DNA of 64,000 nt. It comes from Raillietiella orientalis. Lineage: Eukaryota. Below, one piece after another: positions 12,001 through 25,780 of this stretch. The stretch spans positions 4,836,001-4,900,000 of the forward strand of contig JAYWIR010000004.1 of NCBI GenBank assembly GCA_036172245.1, written 5' to 3'. Below the pieces are notes generated by a model. That model was given only the letters and a program-made list of their open reading frames with translations. It searched no databases and was not told the DNA's origin. Each line of letters begins with the position of its first letter. Position 1 is the first letter of the stretch. The translations under genes were made by a program, and so were the position numbers.

Positions 12001-15000
12001 GCTGAATCCCGTTGTGCTCGATCTGTTTTTGTGGAAACTTCGATACGTGGGGTGGATTGGGATCCGTCCATGCTCTCTCCTGAAAGAGGGAAAGATGGCA
12101 TGGAGGTGGGTGTCGGGTGTTCCGTTGATCATCCCGGTGTTTCCTTTCTTGAGGAAAATGGATTTTTGGGCGAGTTGGGGGAATATTCGCAGAAGGTTTT
12201 TTTCTCCCCTTTCGAACTGGAAGGTCTTCATGGGAGTTCTTTGGAATCCGGAAGTTTACCAAGGTCGAATGTTGTAGACTTGCGTGTTCGCAAGGTCGAG
12301 ATGCGGTCCACTGTCGGTGGGGTCGAGGAACGAGAAACCGTGAGGGAGGAGAAGGTGATCACCGTTTCCGGTGGCGACTCGGTGCCCTCAGTGGAAGATG
12401 TCAGCAAGGAGTTATCTCTTCCTGATGCAGCTCGTGCTCTCGAGAAAAATGTCGTTGAGGTTTCTGTTCAGAGGTCTTTCGTCTCCAGGGAGCACACCGC
12501 GGGCGGAGAAGTTTCGGTGTCCGAAGTTTCGCGCCTGCACAGGAGCGGCTGCGTCCCCGCCCCGCCTGCTGGTCCCCCTCTTCCCGGCCTGGAAGCCGTC
12601 GGGGTTTCCGACGCGGTGGATCTTGCTGGGACGGTGGGCGTTTGCCGGTTCTCCGGCTCCGATGCCGGTCATGGTTTAGCCACGAGTCCGAAGCCACACC
12701 TGCCAGAAGCCTCCGAGAGCGCGGGCGTGGGGCTCGCCCCAGCTACCACGCCGGCCTCTTGGGATCCGAACGGCCACGCGAAGGACGCGGAAACCGGAAG
12801 GGGCCGTTCGTCTCCGGATGGCGACGTCGGCAGGGAGTCCTTCCCTTTGTCGGTCAAGAAAGTCTCCCTCAAGAGAGAGAGGAAGAAGCACGGCAGGTCT
12901 TCCCTCCATTCTGGGGCTGCCGGCGTCGGCGAGGACACAGGAGCCGACGCGACCCCCTCCGGGTTCGCTGTTGTACAGACAAAGGGTGCCCCGGAGAGTG
13001 CTGCTGACGCGGGTGGGTCCCCGAGCTTGCCGGAAGCGGAAGCGCCCCATCCGGAGATCGCGGCCGTTTCATTGCGCGCCGCCGAGGATGATCAACTTGC
13101 CTCAGCGAAGGTGGACGCCGCTCTTTCCCGCGGCGGCCCGGTTGGCTCCGGCACGAAACTTCCTCGAGCAGAAGGCCTCCCACCAGCTGTGTCGAAGCAT
13201 CCCGGGAAGAAAAGGGAGAGGAAGGGGAGTTCAGGTTCCGGCAACGAGGGTGGGAGCGCAGCGGCGTCCGACGGGAGGAGCTCGGAGCTCATCCAGAAGC
13301 GACGCGGAGCCCCCGGAGCTAGGAAGTCGCGCTCCCCGGAGCGGCCCCGGGCTCCCGAGCGAGCCGGCGGCCGCGCCCACCAGGAGCTGGTGGTAGCGGA
13401 GCGACGGCGCGCGGAGGAGGAAGGTTCTTGTGCCGCCGGAGAACCGGGGAAAACGGGAGCGAAGCTCCCCGACTTCTGCGGAAGGAGAGCAGGAGTGGAG
13501 GAGGAACCCCTGAGTGGTGCCTGCGAGCGTTTGCCATCCCCGGACGTTCCCCGAGGCCCCTCCGAGTCCGTTGATCTCGAAGGGGAGGCGACCTCGGAGC
13601 AGGCGGACCCACCTTACCAACCGGAGCCTCCTCTCCGTCGCGGCGCCCCCGCAGCATCTTTTCCGGCGCCTGGGTCGCTACTGCACGAGCCCGGTGCCCC
13701 GTCGGACTACCCGGACAACCGCATGAGGTCGCCGGAGGTGGAGGAACCCCCAGGAAGAAGCGGATCCATGAAGAAGAGGAGGAGGAGGAGTCTCGAGGCG
13801 GACATCGGTGAGGCTTTCGCAGGCGCGGCGGCTGCGGCCCTGGGCCAAGACGCCGTCCCGAAGGGCGCCACGGAGCCTCCCGGTCACCCGGAATCTCCAG
13901 GCGGGAAGGCCGAAGGGGACGAAACCGGGGACCAAGGGAGCGCGACGGGAAGCAGGAGGAGGAAGAAGAAGAGGCAGCAGCCGAGGAGGGACGACGGGGG
14001 CGAGGCGGCCTCCGACCCCCGTGGAGTTGGCTGCCCCGTTCCCGGGCGCCCAGACGCACCCCTCCCTCCGGATCGGCCGGCGGACACCGCACCTGCGGAA
14101 GGAGGCGACGCCTCCGTCCTCACGGGGCGGCGCCATCCCCGCCCTCCGCCCTCGTCGGACGACCACCGCACTCTTCCCGCCGCCTGCCAGCGGCGCGAGG
14201 GCGACGCGCGGAGGCCCCTCGGGCAGGTCGCGCCCCCGAGCGTCGGCGCACCCCGCAGGTCCTCCCTCCCCATCCGGCTGTGCCAGTCCCACCCTCCGCC
14301 GCCCTGCCATCCCGGTCGGCCTTCCGCGCCGGACCGCTACCGGGCCGCTCCCGCCGGCGGGCCACGCGGCTGCAGGCGGACCTCCTCCCCCCCCCCCTCC
14401 GCTTCGCCCAATCAGGAAGACCTCCCCGCCGCCGCCCACCCGCACGCCCCGCGCCGGAGGTTCGCCTCCGAGCCTGGCGAGCTGCACGCTGCCACGGCGC
14501 CTTGGAACTTCCGGGAACACCCGCCGGTCACGCGGAAGCGCGCGGCTGCTGCTCTTCCACACACCATGGACCGCCTCGGGAGAGGGAAGCTGCTCTCGAC
14601 CTCGGTCGACGAGCGGCCTGCAGGTGGTTCGGAATTTCAAGGTCAGTGAGGTGCGCAATCGGTCATCCCCGGCGTTTTTTTCCACCCCTCCTTCCCTCTC
14701 TCCCTCCCTTTCTTGCTCTCTCGAGGAAAGGGGAGGGAAGACAACTAGTAATCCTTCCCCCCCTCTCCCCCTCCTCTCCGAGCGCAATTTCCTCTCCCCG
14801 CCCTCCACGAGCGGGACGCCCGCGCGACCGGCTGCCCTCTCACCCACCAGCCGTCGCGTAGCAACCCAACGGTGCGTCGCGGCAAGGCGCTCACCCCCAG
14901 GCGCGCCCCCTGGCAGCGGGCGAATCCTCCAGAAGGCGCCAAGGATGCCTCGCGGCCGCCTTCGCAATGCCATCCGAGGGGGCCGTGGGACCCCCGCTCC

Positions 15001-15826
15001 CGCTCCTCAGGAGAGGAGGAGGAGGAAAGAGGGGGGAGAGAATTCAAATAAAATGAAACAAAAAAAAGAGGAGGAAGAAGGGGGAGGAGGACCAAGCGTC
15101 CCTGCACCCCAGGCCCGCTGCCCGCTCCGTTTCCTGCCCCTTCAGACGTCTGATGAGAGGCGCTTGTCCTTGCAGGCGAGCCCACCGCTCTCTCGCAGGT
15201 TTCGGTGGTCCAGGTGGTGAGTGCAGAGCGTCCCCGCAACGCGGCACGGCCGTCGCCTAGTCACGAGGACGGCAGCACTGTGGCGTTCCCGGGCGGTGGC
15301 CAGGAGCCTACAGCTGGCCACTCCTCCCACGACGACGACCACCACCAGTCCACGCACTACAGCTGTACGTGGCGGCTCGGGGGCTGCCTCCCCCACACAC
15401 TGCCCTTGGCGCTTCCAGATTATGTCTCCGAGGACCCACGGCCCAGCAAGCCCGTCACCGTGGTCATCGACTGCGGCTCGGAGCGAGCGCCCGCGGAAGG
15501 CGCCGCAGAGGCGGCAGCAGGAGCCTCCTCTTCGTCGTCGTTATCGTCTTCATTATCCTGTCCCCGTTGCGACCCCGAAAATACTCCCGCCGACGCCGCA
15601 GACGGACAGGAGAGTCGCCACGCCGAACCGCCGAGCTCCTCCGGAGCCTGCGGCGAGGGCGCCTCGCTCACGTCATCCTCCTCTTCATCATCGTCATCGT
15701 CGCCGCCGCCGCCGCCATACGACAAAGAGGAAGACGCCATCGGTAACGCAGATCTCTTTCCATGCTGATCTCCCTCGAAAGTGCCGCTCAGGTTTCGGCC
15801 CGTACCACATCACCAACTTCTGCTGA
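2..15826 (+). CDS. Giant AHNAK/periaxin-like low-complexity repeat protein, 5'-partial. Proposed exons <2-1439, 1496-14641, 15176-15742, 15792-15826 (5062 codons within the window).
   Basis: Frame 2 is open from base 2 and carries the same K-rich/F-x-[LF]-P-H-[FI]-G motifs as the 4396-aa ORF at 1459-14649. The GT-AG joins 1440-1495, 14642-15175 and 15743-15791 all preserve frame. AATAAA lies at 15867. Strings such as KIKMPHFGLPKMK, GSLQGPDVSID and PDVNIDVKAPKVDVEG resemble AHNAK repeat units. Orthology is not shown. Confidence 0.75.
3172..11370 (+). repeat. Coding tandem array, 1116-bp (372-aa) unit; 7 full copies plus a partial eighth, with degenerate copies on both flanks
   Basis: CCTTCGTTCAAGAAACAGAAG recurs at 3172, 4288, 5404, 6520, 7636, 8752, 9868 and 10984, an exact 1116-bp spacing. 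Confidence 0.98.
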
Positions 15827-15866
15827 AGGCGCCCGCCGTGGCCCCTGCGGTCCGTCGAAGCGAATC

Positions 15867-15872
15867 AATAAA
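15867..15872 (+). promoter_or_regulatory. Putative polyadenylation signal of the giant repeat gene
   Basis: AATAAA about 40 nt after the proposed stop codon at 15826. Confidence 0.5.
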
Positions 15873-18800
15873 AGTCCGAAGGATCAGGTGCGCTTTTCTT
15901 TTTCCTTCACGCTTCCCTGCTCAATCCCGCCACCACCACTTGTCGGCTTCCCCTTCCCCCCTCCTCCTCCTAGGTTGAGGGGGAGCTTGCGGTGCGGGCG
16001 CCTCCCTTCCCTTCCCGCCCGCGCCTTGGGCGGGGCCGCACGAGCGTCCCGGATCCGGAAGGAAGCTGCCGGGACACGCGGAGGAGGGTTGAGAGACCGC
16101 GGGTGAGCGCGCGTTTCGGAGAGAAGCAAGCTAGAGATCTGAAAGACTGGCAGGGAACGGCAGGCAACTACGAGGCGTGCGTGAGCGCCCAGACGTCCCC
16201 GCACGAGCCGGCCCTGAGCTGCTGCATGCCTGAGACAGTGCCCGGCGATGACAGCGTTGCCCTCCTCTGACACGGAGCCACCAGCAAGTCGCCCTTCTGC
16301 GTGTTCGAGGGGTGCCGGAGGTTCAGGGGGCTCAGTGGCAGCGGTAGGCGTCCGAGAGAAGGGGAAGCGAAAGACGCAGCGGCCGAAGGAGGCGCTCCTC
16401 GGCGGGCAATCAAAGGGGCGTGATAGCGGCGGATGGGCAGGCAAGGAGGGGAATGGAAGGTGGCACCAGAGGGTGAGGAAGCAGGACAAAAGGAAGAGGA
16501 AGAGGGGGAGAAAGGGAGGACGAGGAGGAAGGGCTCCCCATCCCTCGCTCTTCCCTCTCCCTGAGGAGCGACCGGACTGCCAGGATCAGTGAAGAGAAAC
16601 GGCGTAAAGGAAAGGCTAGCACCTCGGTGGCGCCGTCTGCACGCGTCCTCGAACGCATCCACGCGCCTGGTACGGTAAGGCATGCCCTTTTGGCGTGCAC
16701 GTGCGCTCGTGTGTTCAGAAACGCGGTCCCCATAGGTCCGGCGCGGACAGAGAACCGAACACCACGCTTCTCCACGGGAAGAGAGCAGCAACGCACGTGG
16801 CGGCGGCAGCGGCTGGCGGCGGTGGATGGAAGGACCAGAATTGTCTGGTTCCACCCCACCACCCCCACGGTGGTATCGCCTCGGATTCCTCGTTGATGCA
16901 GAGGTGTCTCCGGCCAGATGACCCGCAACTGGCCGCGAAAGGAAGAACGCTGGCAGCTCCCCAGATCGGGACAGTTGGTGTTTCAGTCCACGAACACCGG
17001 ATCCGCGTCCCTGATTCCGCCTCGGGGTCAGTTTTATGTGGCCTCTGGTGGGCTGCAGGTCGAAAGAATTACCCGGTTGGCACACTGACCTCCGACCTCT
17101 TCGACTTTTAGCTGAAGCATCCATGGACGTCTCTTCTGCATGTTTAGCAGTTCTCCCTTCCCTCAGAGTCCATCGCCTCACCAATACTCATGTGCGCCCT
17201 CTCATCTCCACCCGGCAAGTCCTTGGAACCTGGAGTCCTGGACTGCGAAATCCAAGGTCGCTCTCGACTGCCGCGCAAACGGAGACGGCCATTTGGAGCT
17301 GTTGTTGCAGAGCACGCGACTCCCTGGGGTCTCGTCGGAAACCAACCCACAAGCTGTTTTTGAAGCATCCGCTCGATTCTTCGTGTTGTGTTTCCTAAAG
17401 TGCAGCCTCCGTAGGGCGATTTCAGACAGTTTCTTCGGAAGGAATGGGTGGTTCCAAGCCACTGACTTTCTTCGAACCCTAGTCGCTGGTTGCTTCAGCC
17501 CTGTCATCTTCGGTTTGGCTTCAGAATCCTGATGTGGGCGTCTCCCTGTTTGCCACCAGAAAGGAGCTATCACTGCCACATCACGCGTGTCGCGCGTTTC
17601 GACTTGGTGATTTATGACTGCCTACGCTTGTCCTCGGGCAGTCGGCCTTTGCCTGGTCTCTTTGTTGCCTTCTTTCCTGATACAGTGGAACCGCACTGCG
17701 CTTCCCCTTGAATCTGGAATCCTATTCTCTTCACGGTGCCTTCGTTTCGCGACGTGGACGTTCGCAACGAATGAGGAAGCGCGGGGGAGCTGGTCGCTCT
17801 TTTCGACTTGGCCGCCTTTCTGGAGTCACGCATCAGTCACTTCTCTCCGTGGTGTCGCTCTGCCCACTCCAGAAGTGGCGGCAGCATAAGAATTCAGCGA
17901 ACCTTCCCTCGAGGGAAAAACGACTGCACGACCCCACGGAGTTTTGGTGGAGAGCGGAGATGAGCTTGGTGATCCTTATATAGCTGTCGCGCTGGTCTGC
18001 AGTCTTCAAGCAGGTCGCTTGCTGTCCCGAAATTCCATGCAGAACCCTTGCGAATAGTCTCCCCGATAGCAGTTTATCATGTTTTTGCTTCTTCTGCATG
18101 ATGCGCTTCTCCTCCGTGATTTCGCATCACTCTGTGGACGTGGGCGAATCCTCGACCTCTCATCTTGGGGAAACAGCTGTCCCGTGTATAGTCCGTGCTT
18201 TTCGTAACGGGCACGTGTTACTCCTGCTCTTCATTAGCTGGCAGTGATCACCCGGCCTTTGTACTGCCATTTCAGTTAAGCTCGTGAGGTTTTTCCGTGG
18301 TTCGAGCTAATAATAAACGTGTATGCACATTCCCTATCCAGTTTTTTTTTTTTTCTTTCCTTTATGATTCTCTTGGATTTCGTATCCAAGCGGCTGTGAA
18401 GCTCAGCATCTCGGTAGAGAGGCGCCGTTTCGTGGCAGCGCAGAGTGCTTGTTAAGCTCCCCTTTTACTGTTCCTTAAATGCGCCAAGAGAGGCGCCTTC
18501 CCGGAACAACTGGTACATGCATGGAGATGCGTGATTGCAAGCGCCCCCTGGATGCAGCGCCTTCCCCTTTTCACATGAGCGCCTAACTATTTCCTGCTTG
18601 CCTTGCCTTTTGTTCACAACGCGAGATCATCGCTGCGACCACCTCCTTTGTTCCAAGCAGCCTTCCGGGTTGCCTCTCCTTGACTTGATCTGCGGTCAGG
18701 TCAACCGACACGGTTCTGCTGCATCCCCTTTTCTGACCCCAAACTCTTCCCGAGATCCCTCCTCATCTTTTGTTTTCCATGCGCATGCATATTTGTGGGG

Positions 18801-21800
18801 GACGCGTTGTTTGGAGTTTCGGACATCCGCTGCTTGGACACGTTTTCGTTTTCGAATAGAGGGAGTGCCGCCAGCTTGTCCGCCACGCGCTCAAAGGTCA
18901 ACCGTCCTATTCTGGATATTCCTCCGTTTTCCAAAAACCACGAGGGAATGCATCCACATATTGTTTTTCTTTGTTCTTTGTTTTCCTCTTATCCCCACTT
19001 GCTCGTTCGTATGTGTGGAAGTGCCTGCTTCTCGCTGAACTGTCGTGGCGAAGCAGGGAAGGAAAACAGGAGCACGTCTTGTTATTTTCCGTGCAGATGA
19101 TTCATCCATCCTTTGGGAGCAGGGAAACTCTGGCGCGCAGCAAGTCCTTTGTCTCTACGCAGTAGCTTTTTCCGCTAGTATGCAAGAGGTTCTGAAAAAG
19201 GCAGATTGAATGTTTCAGACTGTTTCTCTTTCATCTCTGATCTTTCATCCCATTTGAGCACTCGGTATTAAAAAAATATCAATAGTTGACGTTATTGCGT
19301 ATTGATGGTAGGATAGAATGAGGCACTTTATTCGGTCATTTTCTAGTCTCCACATTCTCCATGTCCATCGTGTTCTTCCGTTTCGACGCTTTCCATGGGT
19401 CGTTCTCACCAAAGCTTTCCTTCCTCCTTTTCTTGATTTGGTGGCTTTGGCATCTGAAATGTAAAATGAATGAACATTCCTGGAACAAACCCGCAGGGGT
19501 ATTTTTGTTTGAATCTTTGAATGATTTGCTAACATTTCGATAGCATTTTCCTATACAACACTTTTTCATTTTTTTTTTTCTTTCATTTTTAATAGCTGGG
19601 GAGAGTGCTACTGAGCTCATGCGTATGTTTTTTGCCACCAATTGTAAACTCTGCAAGAAGGAAAGAAAGACAGAATGAGAAAATCAAGAAAAACTGTAAA
19701 AAAAAAAATCACATGCGGGCACACCTAATGACCTCTTCAGTCTTTGTGTTTGTTTACATGGCACTCATTGAAAATGCAATTACATGTAAGTCCTAGGAGA
19801 TGGAGGTCGTTATGTTTGGTCCTCATTGTTGTTGACTTCCGTGTCAGGAATCTGCTTCGTTAATGTGCAGCTTCCTTGAAATGAACTAAGGTGAAAACTT
19901 GGGACTGGAAAGTACACGAAGAATGCGTTCTGACACTGCAGTTTCAAATGTTGCCGAAGGTACTTTCATAGTCATTAGTAGAGTAGTAGCTTGCTTATGT
20001 GTGCTTTCTATTACGATGGCGAATCAAGAAACAGTGCTCGAACGCTGGCTGCGTTCTCGAGAGCGCTCGATGCGTCTTCGTCATGGCTGACAGTCAAACA
20101 CTCTTGAGATTCCAGCCGTGCATTTACAGATGATGATGTAATCCAAAAGGAAAGAAAAACCCATCAGCTAATGAAAAGATGGCTTCCCGTTTTCATCGTT
20201 GATTTTCTCGATGTAGTGAACATCCGGCGAGGATTTACCACCAGCGCAATCACGCTCCGGTGCATGGAAGGGCATGGCATTGTCCTCCCCATGGGCGTCC
20301 AGAACAAGGAAAGAAAATATTGAACAACTCCGCATATGAAGCTAGCTCCTGTACACCGGAGGTCAACTGAGATTTTCCGGTCACCGCTTCCTACATACTG
20401 CCTACTTGAGACTGCTGGTCGCGAGAGCGATGCCTGAGGCAAATCGCATGTGAAGAAGGTACTCGGCAAAGGTAGAGTCGTTCAGAAACCTCTTCCTCCC
20501 CAAGAGGCACACAACCATCTGATGAAGCAAATCGAGGAGGAGATCCTAGAGAAATGGGGACCGCTGACCTCCAGTCAGATGGTACCGGGAGTCGACCCAA
20601 GACTTAGCCGGACCTGACGTCCCAGGACGAAATCAGGAGTCTTTATGTTGCTTGCCCTTGAGAGAACTGGGCGACGATGTTGAAATGAGCACAAAAGAAG
20701 AATGAGGGCAAGCACGGGAAGTCGTTTTCTCTGCAAGAGGAGTGCTAGCTTCGGTGAGAGCACCAGTGATAGGATCTCTGGGATCCCAGGACCTCGAAGA
20801 ACGGCCGAGTGCTCACAAAGAACTCAGGGTTCCTAGCACGCAGCAGGAAACCTCAAGAGGAGGATGCAAATTCTGGACCACCGTTCCGGATGAACTGTGC
20901 ACCGGAAACCAAGGATCCACTGGGGACCATGCTCGAAGACGGTTCTCCCTCCTCCACATCCGACGTCAGGGGCTTCACTAGAACGACCGCCACTACCACC
21001 ATGATCTGCTCCGATGGTGGCTGCAAATGAGCTCACACCCGCACCTTTCTGCGTCACGACCCTCCTGCTCGCTGGAACCTTCCGCCCTCCTTCGACGGCA
21101 ACTCCGCAAAGCAGTTGCCGTCGTCCCTGAGGTTGGGCAAAGGTTGACTACTAAGCGTCATTCACTTTCAGGGCTTGTTTGGGCAGGTGAGCAGTGACAC
21201 GCCCCTTAGCAGATTCCGACTTCCATGGCCACCGTCCTGTTGTCCCTAGTAACCGACGCCTTTCACAGGATCCGATGAGCGTCGCACGGGAGGCTGTTAC
21301 ACAACGTTTGTTCCAAACCCACACACTCCTTGACTCTGAACACATCGGTTCCCAGCACATAACCGCGCCCTGCTCGCCTCCAGATTAACAACCGTGACGC
21401 TGGTCATCCATCCGCTCTTTCACATCAGATTTGCGGTAACCGTGGAGCACCTCGTCGAACATTCACTCGTTTGATGTATGGTCTTCAGGTTCCTCCTACG
21501 CTTGTGAAAAACTTTGGACCGTCTCCACTCCTTAAATTAGTCGCTTCCCACGTTCGCACCTTCCGTGTCAGTAGTGCCAAACTCCCTAAATTTGATCTTC
21601 TGCGAATCATATCTATCTATCACCCGACCTTCGAATCTACGGATTTTGGTTCGCAGATGCAGGTCCACGGGATGAAAGGCTCGAAAAACTAACGCAAATC
21701 GGAGGGAACACCCGGTTCAGCATTACTGATTCATAAAATGAGTAATAATTATCTCAGAATCGTGTTGGGTGTGCTTCGAGTCGCATCAATGCCACTGTGA

Positions 21801-24800
21801 ACGGTGATGTCTGGGATACTCCAATAAGCTGACATCATGATATCATCAGGATGAGAGCTGGTGGTGATAAAGGCTGCATACGAAAGAAATGTAGCTTTGG
21901 CTGTTCTTTTAATTTTTTTTCAATTATCTATGCAACAAGGAAGGGTCTTAGGAAGAGATTATAACGTCAACTGCTGTGTACTTTTTGGATTGCCTTTGAT
22001 TTCGTTTCTAAAACGTATACTATTCCACCCCGAAGTGAGCTTGTTTACAAACTCGCCAAAGCGTTGGCTGTCTAAAAATGATTTTTGAGTTCCTTAGGAA
22101 ACGATTTGTCTAGCAGTCTCAGAAACTTAATGTGGTTGGCATCTTCCACTTCGATTTCCTTCACAGTTTTCTTGCTCCTCCCTTTATTTTGCCCAAAGAC
22201 GTCCCCGCATTTTGTATCGGTCTTGCTACTTTCTTGGGAACCTCTGCCGATTGTCCATCATCACAAGAATTTGTTGGAAACTGCCCATTGGAATCCCAGC
22301 TCACGAGCGAACACGAGTTCAAGAGTTTGATTTTAGGCTTTGACCAAACTGTACTCTTTGGGTCAACTATCTTCAGGTATTCCGTTCCTTATCAGGGCAA
22401 AGCATTCTTTTGATTTCTGATTCCCAGCTAGATTCTTGAAGATTTCAAAAGCAAGACTGGGAACTTCTTTCAGATTTTGGACATTGTGCTGGTCAATAAT
22501 TTAGACTATGAATCACTATTGCCAGCAGCAGTTTCAAGGAATGATTCCTTTTAACACAGGCAGAATGTCCGTGAAGACAATCGTAGAACATTGCTCATTA
22601 CCTTAGAAGAATTAATAGCTCTGCAAAATGACATAATATTGGTGCGCCTCTTTTAAGGTAATCCATTTGGAAAAATTCATAAATACATAAAAAACATACA
22701 TTCTGAGTTGAGTTTGAAAGATCTCTAAATTTCCAAATTAAAGACCCCAGACTTGTTTGATCAGCTTATCGAACACTCAAACATGTGATCAATCTGATCT
22801 AAGCATCCAATGCTTCCATAGAATCCTTAAAAACATCCAAATTTCTCCCGGAGTGGAACGTTCAGCTTTGGCTTGTCCTTGCAATATTTGTTCGTTAATT
22901 TCAAAGTAAAATTGCCCCAAGACACCTGCAAGAGCGCACTTGCATAAACATTTGTCCCGAACTCTGTGTCGAGACCTACAAAACAATTTAAAATTTAATC
23001 ACTGCGAACAGACACACTTATAAAGAAACAACTTGGGGTATGGGACTTGGCATTTCTGATAGACGGTTCAAATCATCAGTTTCCTACTTCAGTAGTTTAC
23101 TACACTTGTATTGCAGCAGTTTTTTGTCCTCAAAAAGTGACCTTTCGGCATCAGTGATTATCCGGACAATCAATGTGAGCACAGATTGTTGTTGATTAAG
23201 GACGAAAAGAGTTGTTGAAATGATTTCATTTATATGCACGCTATCTGCAAACAAGAACTCACTTGGGTTTCCTTCATATCACTAGGGGTGGTGCATTGCT
23301 GCTCTCTTCGAGAGTCGTCGATAAGGATGTTTTGTTTCTAACTAAGCAGACAGTAGCAATCATTCCATTAAAAAAAAAAACTATAATAAATTCCTTGAAG
23401 AAACAAATTCGCGATTCTTCATTCAACAAAACTGCAGATTTTCCCTCAGTTTTGCTCTCCGGTTACTTCTTTTGGTCTTTTTTTCTCATCTTGGAAAAAC
23501 AACTGCAGGACGCAAGTAACTGAATGAATTTGGGGTCTCTAGGTTACTTACGCTCAAATAAATTTTTTTTTCCTCCCCCTCGAAAGATAGCCAAATTACC
23601 CTGCGGATATATAATTAGTCCATGTTTACCTAATTATTTTTCTTCACCCTTCACGAATTTTCATGGCTTCCTGTTACGCAATTCCGTATGCACCGATGAA
23701 TAATTGAACTTTTGGAACAATCATACATAGCACCATTAAAAAAAAAAACAAAAGAATCGAACCTCCTTGCATAACACATTTACTGTTTCACGAAATTTTA
23801 ATTACATCTTGTTTTTTCCTTTTTTCTATCCTACTTTTTCTTGTTTTCCTTTTGGTTACATAACGCCGTAGTTTGTGGTAACTCATTTTCTTATGCATGC
23901 TCATTTGCTATACACTGTTTGGCTAGAGATAACAGGTCTGTAAATTAGAATTCTCCCACTCAGGAGTTCTAAAAAATAGTCCAGTTAATTTTCTATTTTT
24001 CAGTGAGGGAGTTAATTAGTAAAAATTTTCGTAACAATAACTTGTCTGTTATTTTGTTTCGCTTACTTTTACTACATGAATATTAATTTCAAATATGTTG
24101 GTATTCTCAATTATGTTCCTATCATTAGTTCAGACATGAAATCGTTCCTTCCTTTTTCGAGGGAAAGTTAACATCACGTGCCTGTTTTTTTTTTCCGTTT
24201 ACGGGATTGGTACAAATCGTTTTCGTTTGACGTTTTCCTCGTTTTGAATCCTGAAGTGAAATAAAGAGCGCAAGGTGCAAAAAAGCGAAAATCGGAATTT
24301 TTCTTGAATTTGCCCTACTGAGTCCTTCTGCCCTACTGAATTTCCTCAAAATGAATATCCGCCATGGCATTATGTTACAAATAATTTAATAGGAGTCTGT
24401 ATGGCCGTGTACGAATTCAAAAAAACAATACGAAGACTTTATACTGATTTTTTCTTCTCGTTTGAAAACCAAAATTCAGTCACGTGCTTTTTGCACTCCC
24501 TGAATGAATTACGTTGAGTCGAATCTCATTGAAAATTGCAGATTGAACAAGTTCCAGGAGTTTGCAACTCCGATCAACAGTCCACCTAAACAACGGCTGA
24601 TGAGCTCAACTGTGGAACCTTTACTAATGGTTTATAAAAATGCTTATTAATTAATATTGCTTCATTCATGAACAATTCTAGTCAAGTCCATTTCTTGACC
24701 TCAGGGCATTCTTTGCTAGCTGTTCACTTTAACTTGCAAACTGTTATTTTCAGAAGGTAATCAGCTTCTTCATAAACTTTAAGTTATTACCTAAACTTGC

Positions 24801-25780
24801 ATTCAACACTTAAGTGTTCACAATTCCTTCCATCTCACATCTGAATGCTCCCCTTACGTTAAAGAGCTAATGCCTGTGCTTGGTCCATATAAGTACGTAA
24901 AGCTTACTTTTGATATTACTTGATATATCAGCATCATTTATCTCAAGACTAGTGCTTGCACAAAATGCATACCTGCTTAAAAAGAATTTTTTTTCTCGTA
25001 CACCTACATTTTCAGGGTGCAACCTTTACATCCACGTGAACCGAGTATTCTAGACCACCATTGGAGCAAGGAAGGTGTTCCATATAATACACTGCTTTGC
25101 TTCTTTTTTCCATCTTGTTTCATCTTACATGTCATTTGGGCCATATCACTGACAAACGGAACAAAGCTCCAGTATACGAAAATGCACGCAAACATAATTT
25201 TGATTCCATTGCTGTTTTGTTAGGAGTCCACGGGACTAGGAATACATAAATGCTTTTTAACTTATCTTGAGCATTTTATACGCCATCCTTTATTAATAGC
25301 TATCAGACTACTCCTAACTTTTAAACTGAATAAGCACATCGTAAAGCACCTTGTGCCATAATAATTTTATGTACTTATTCAACTCCCATACTTTGCCATG
25401 GGTGGCATCCAACAAAAGTTGCACCATTTCTTCACACACTGTAACTGCGTTGTTTTGAATGGCATGTGATGCATCCATTTATGAATATTATAAAAACATT
25501 TTTTTTGAATCTAAAAATATTCTTAACAATACTTTCCCATTGCTAGAGCATTTTAAAACTTTTGGCACCACTGACCAGCAGTATACTGCCATTGTCAAAT
25601 TTATTTGTTTCGAACAGCTTTTGTTTTGTTTTGTCAATTTCGTATGAACTTTTTAATGTTCATTAAAATTACTGGTCTAAATGAAAAATCGTTCAAGCCG
25701 AAATGCATGAACAATAATAAAGACCAGAATTTGGATGAGGAAAAAACGAAATTTCTATATGAAGGCTGTAAAGAGAGAAC

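Noticed and set aside
12369..17600. Long overlapping Arg/Pro/Gly-rich ORFs (e.g. 13678-14973 on - and 13808-15220 on +)
   Set aside because: Expected from stop-codon scarcity at high GC; no recognisable domains.
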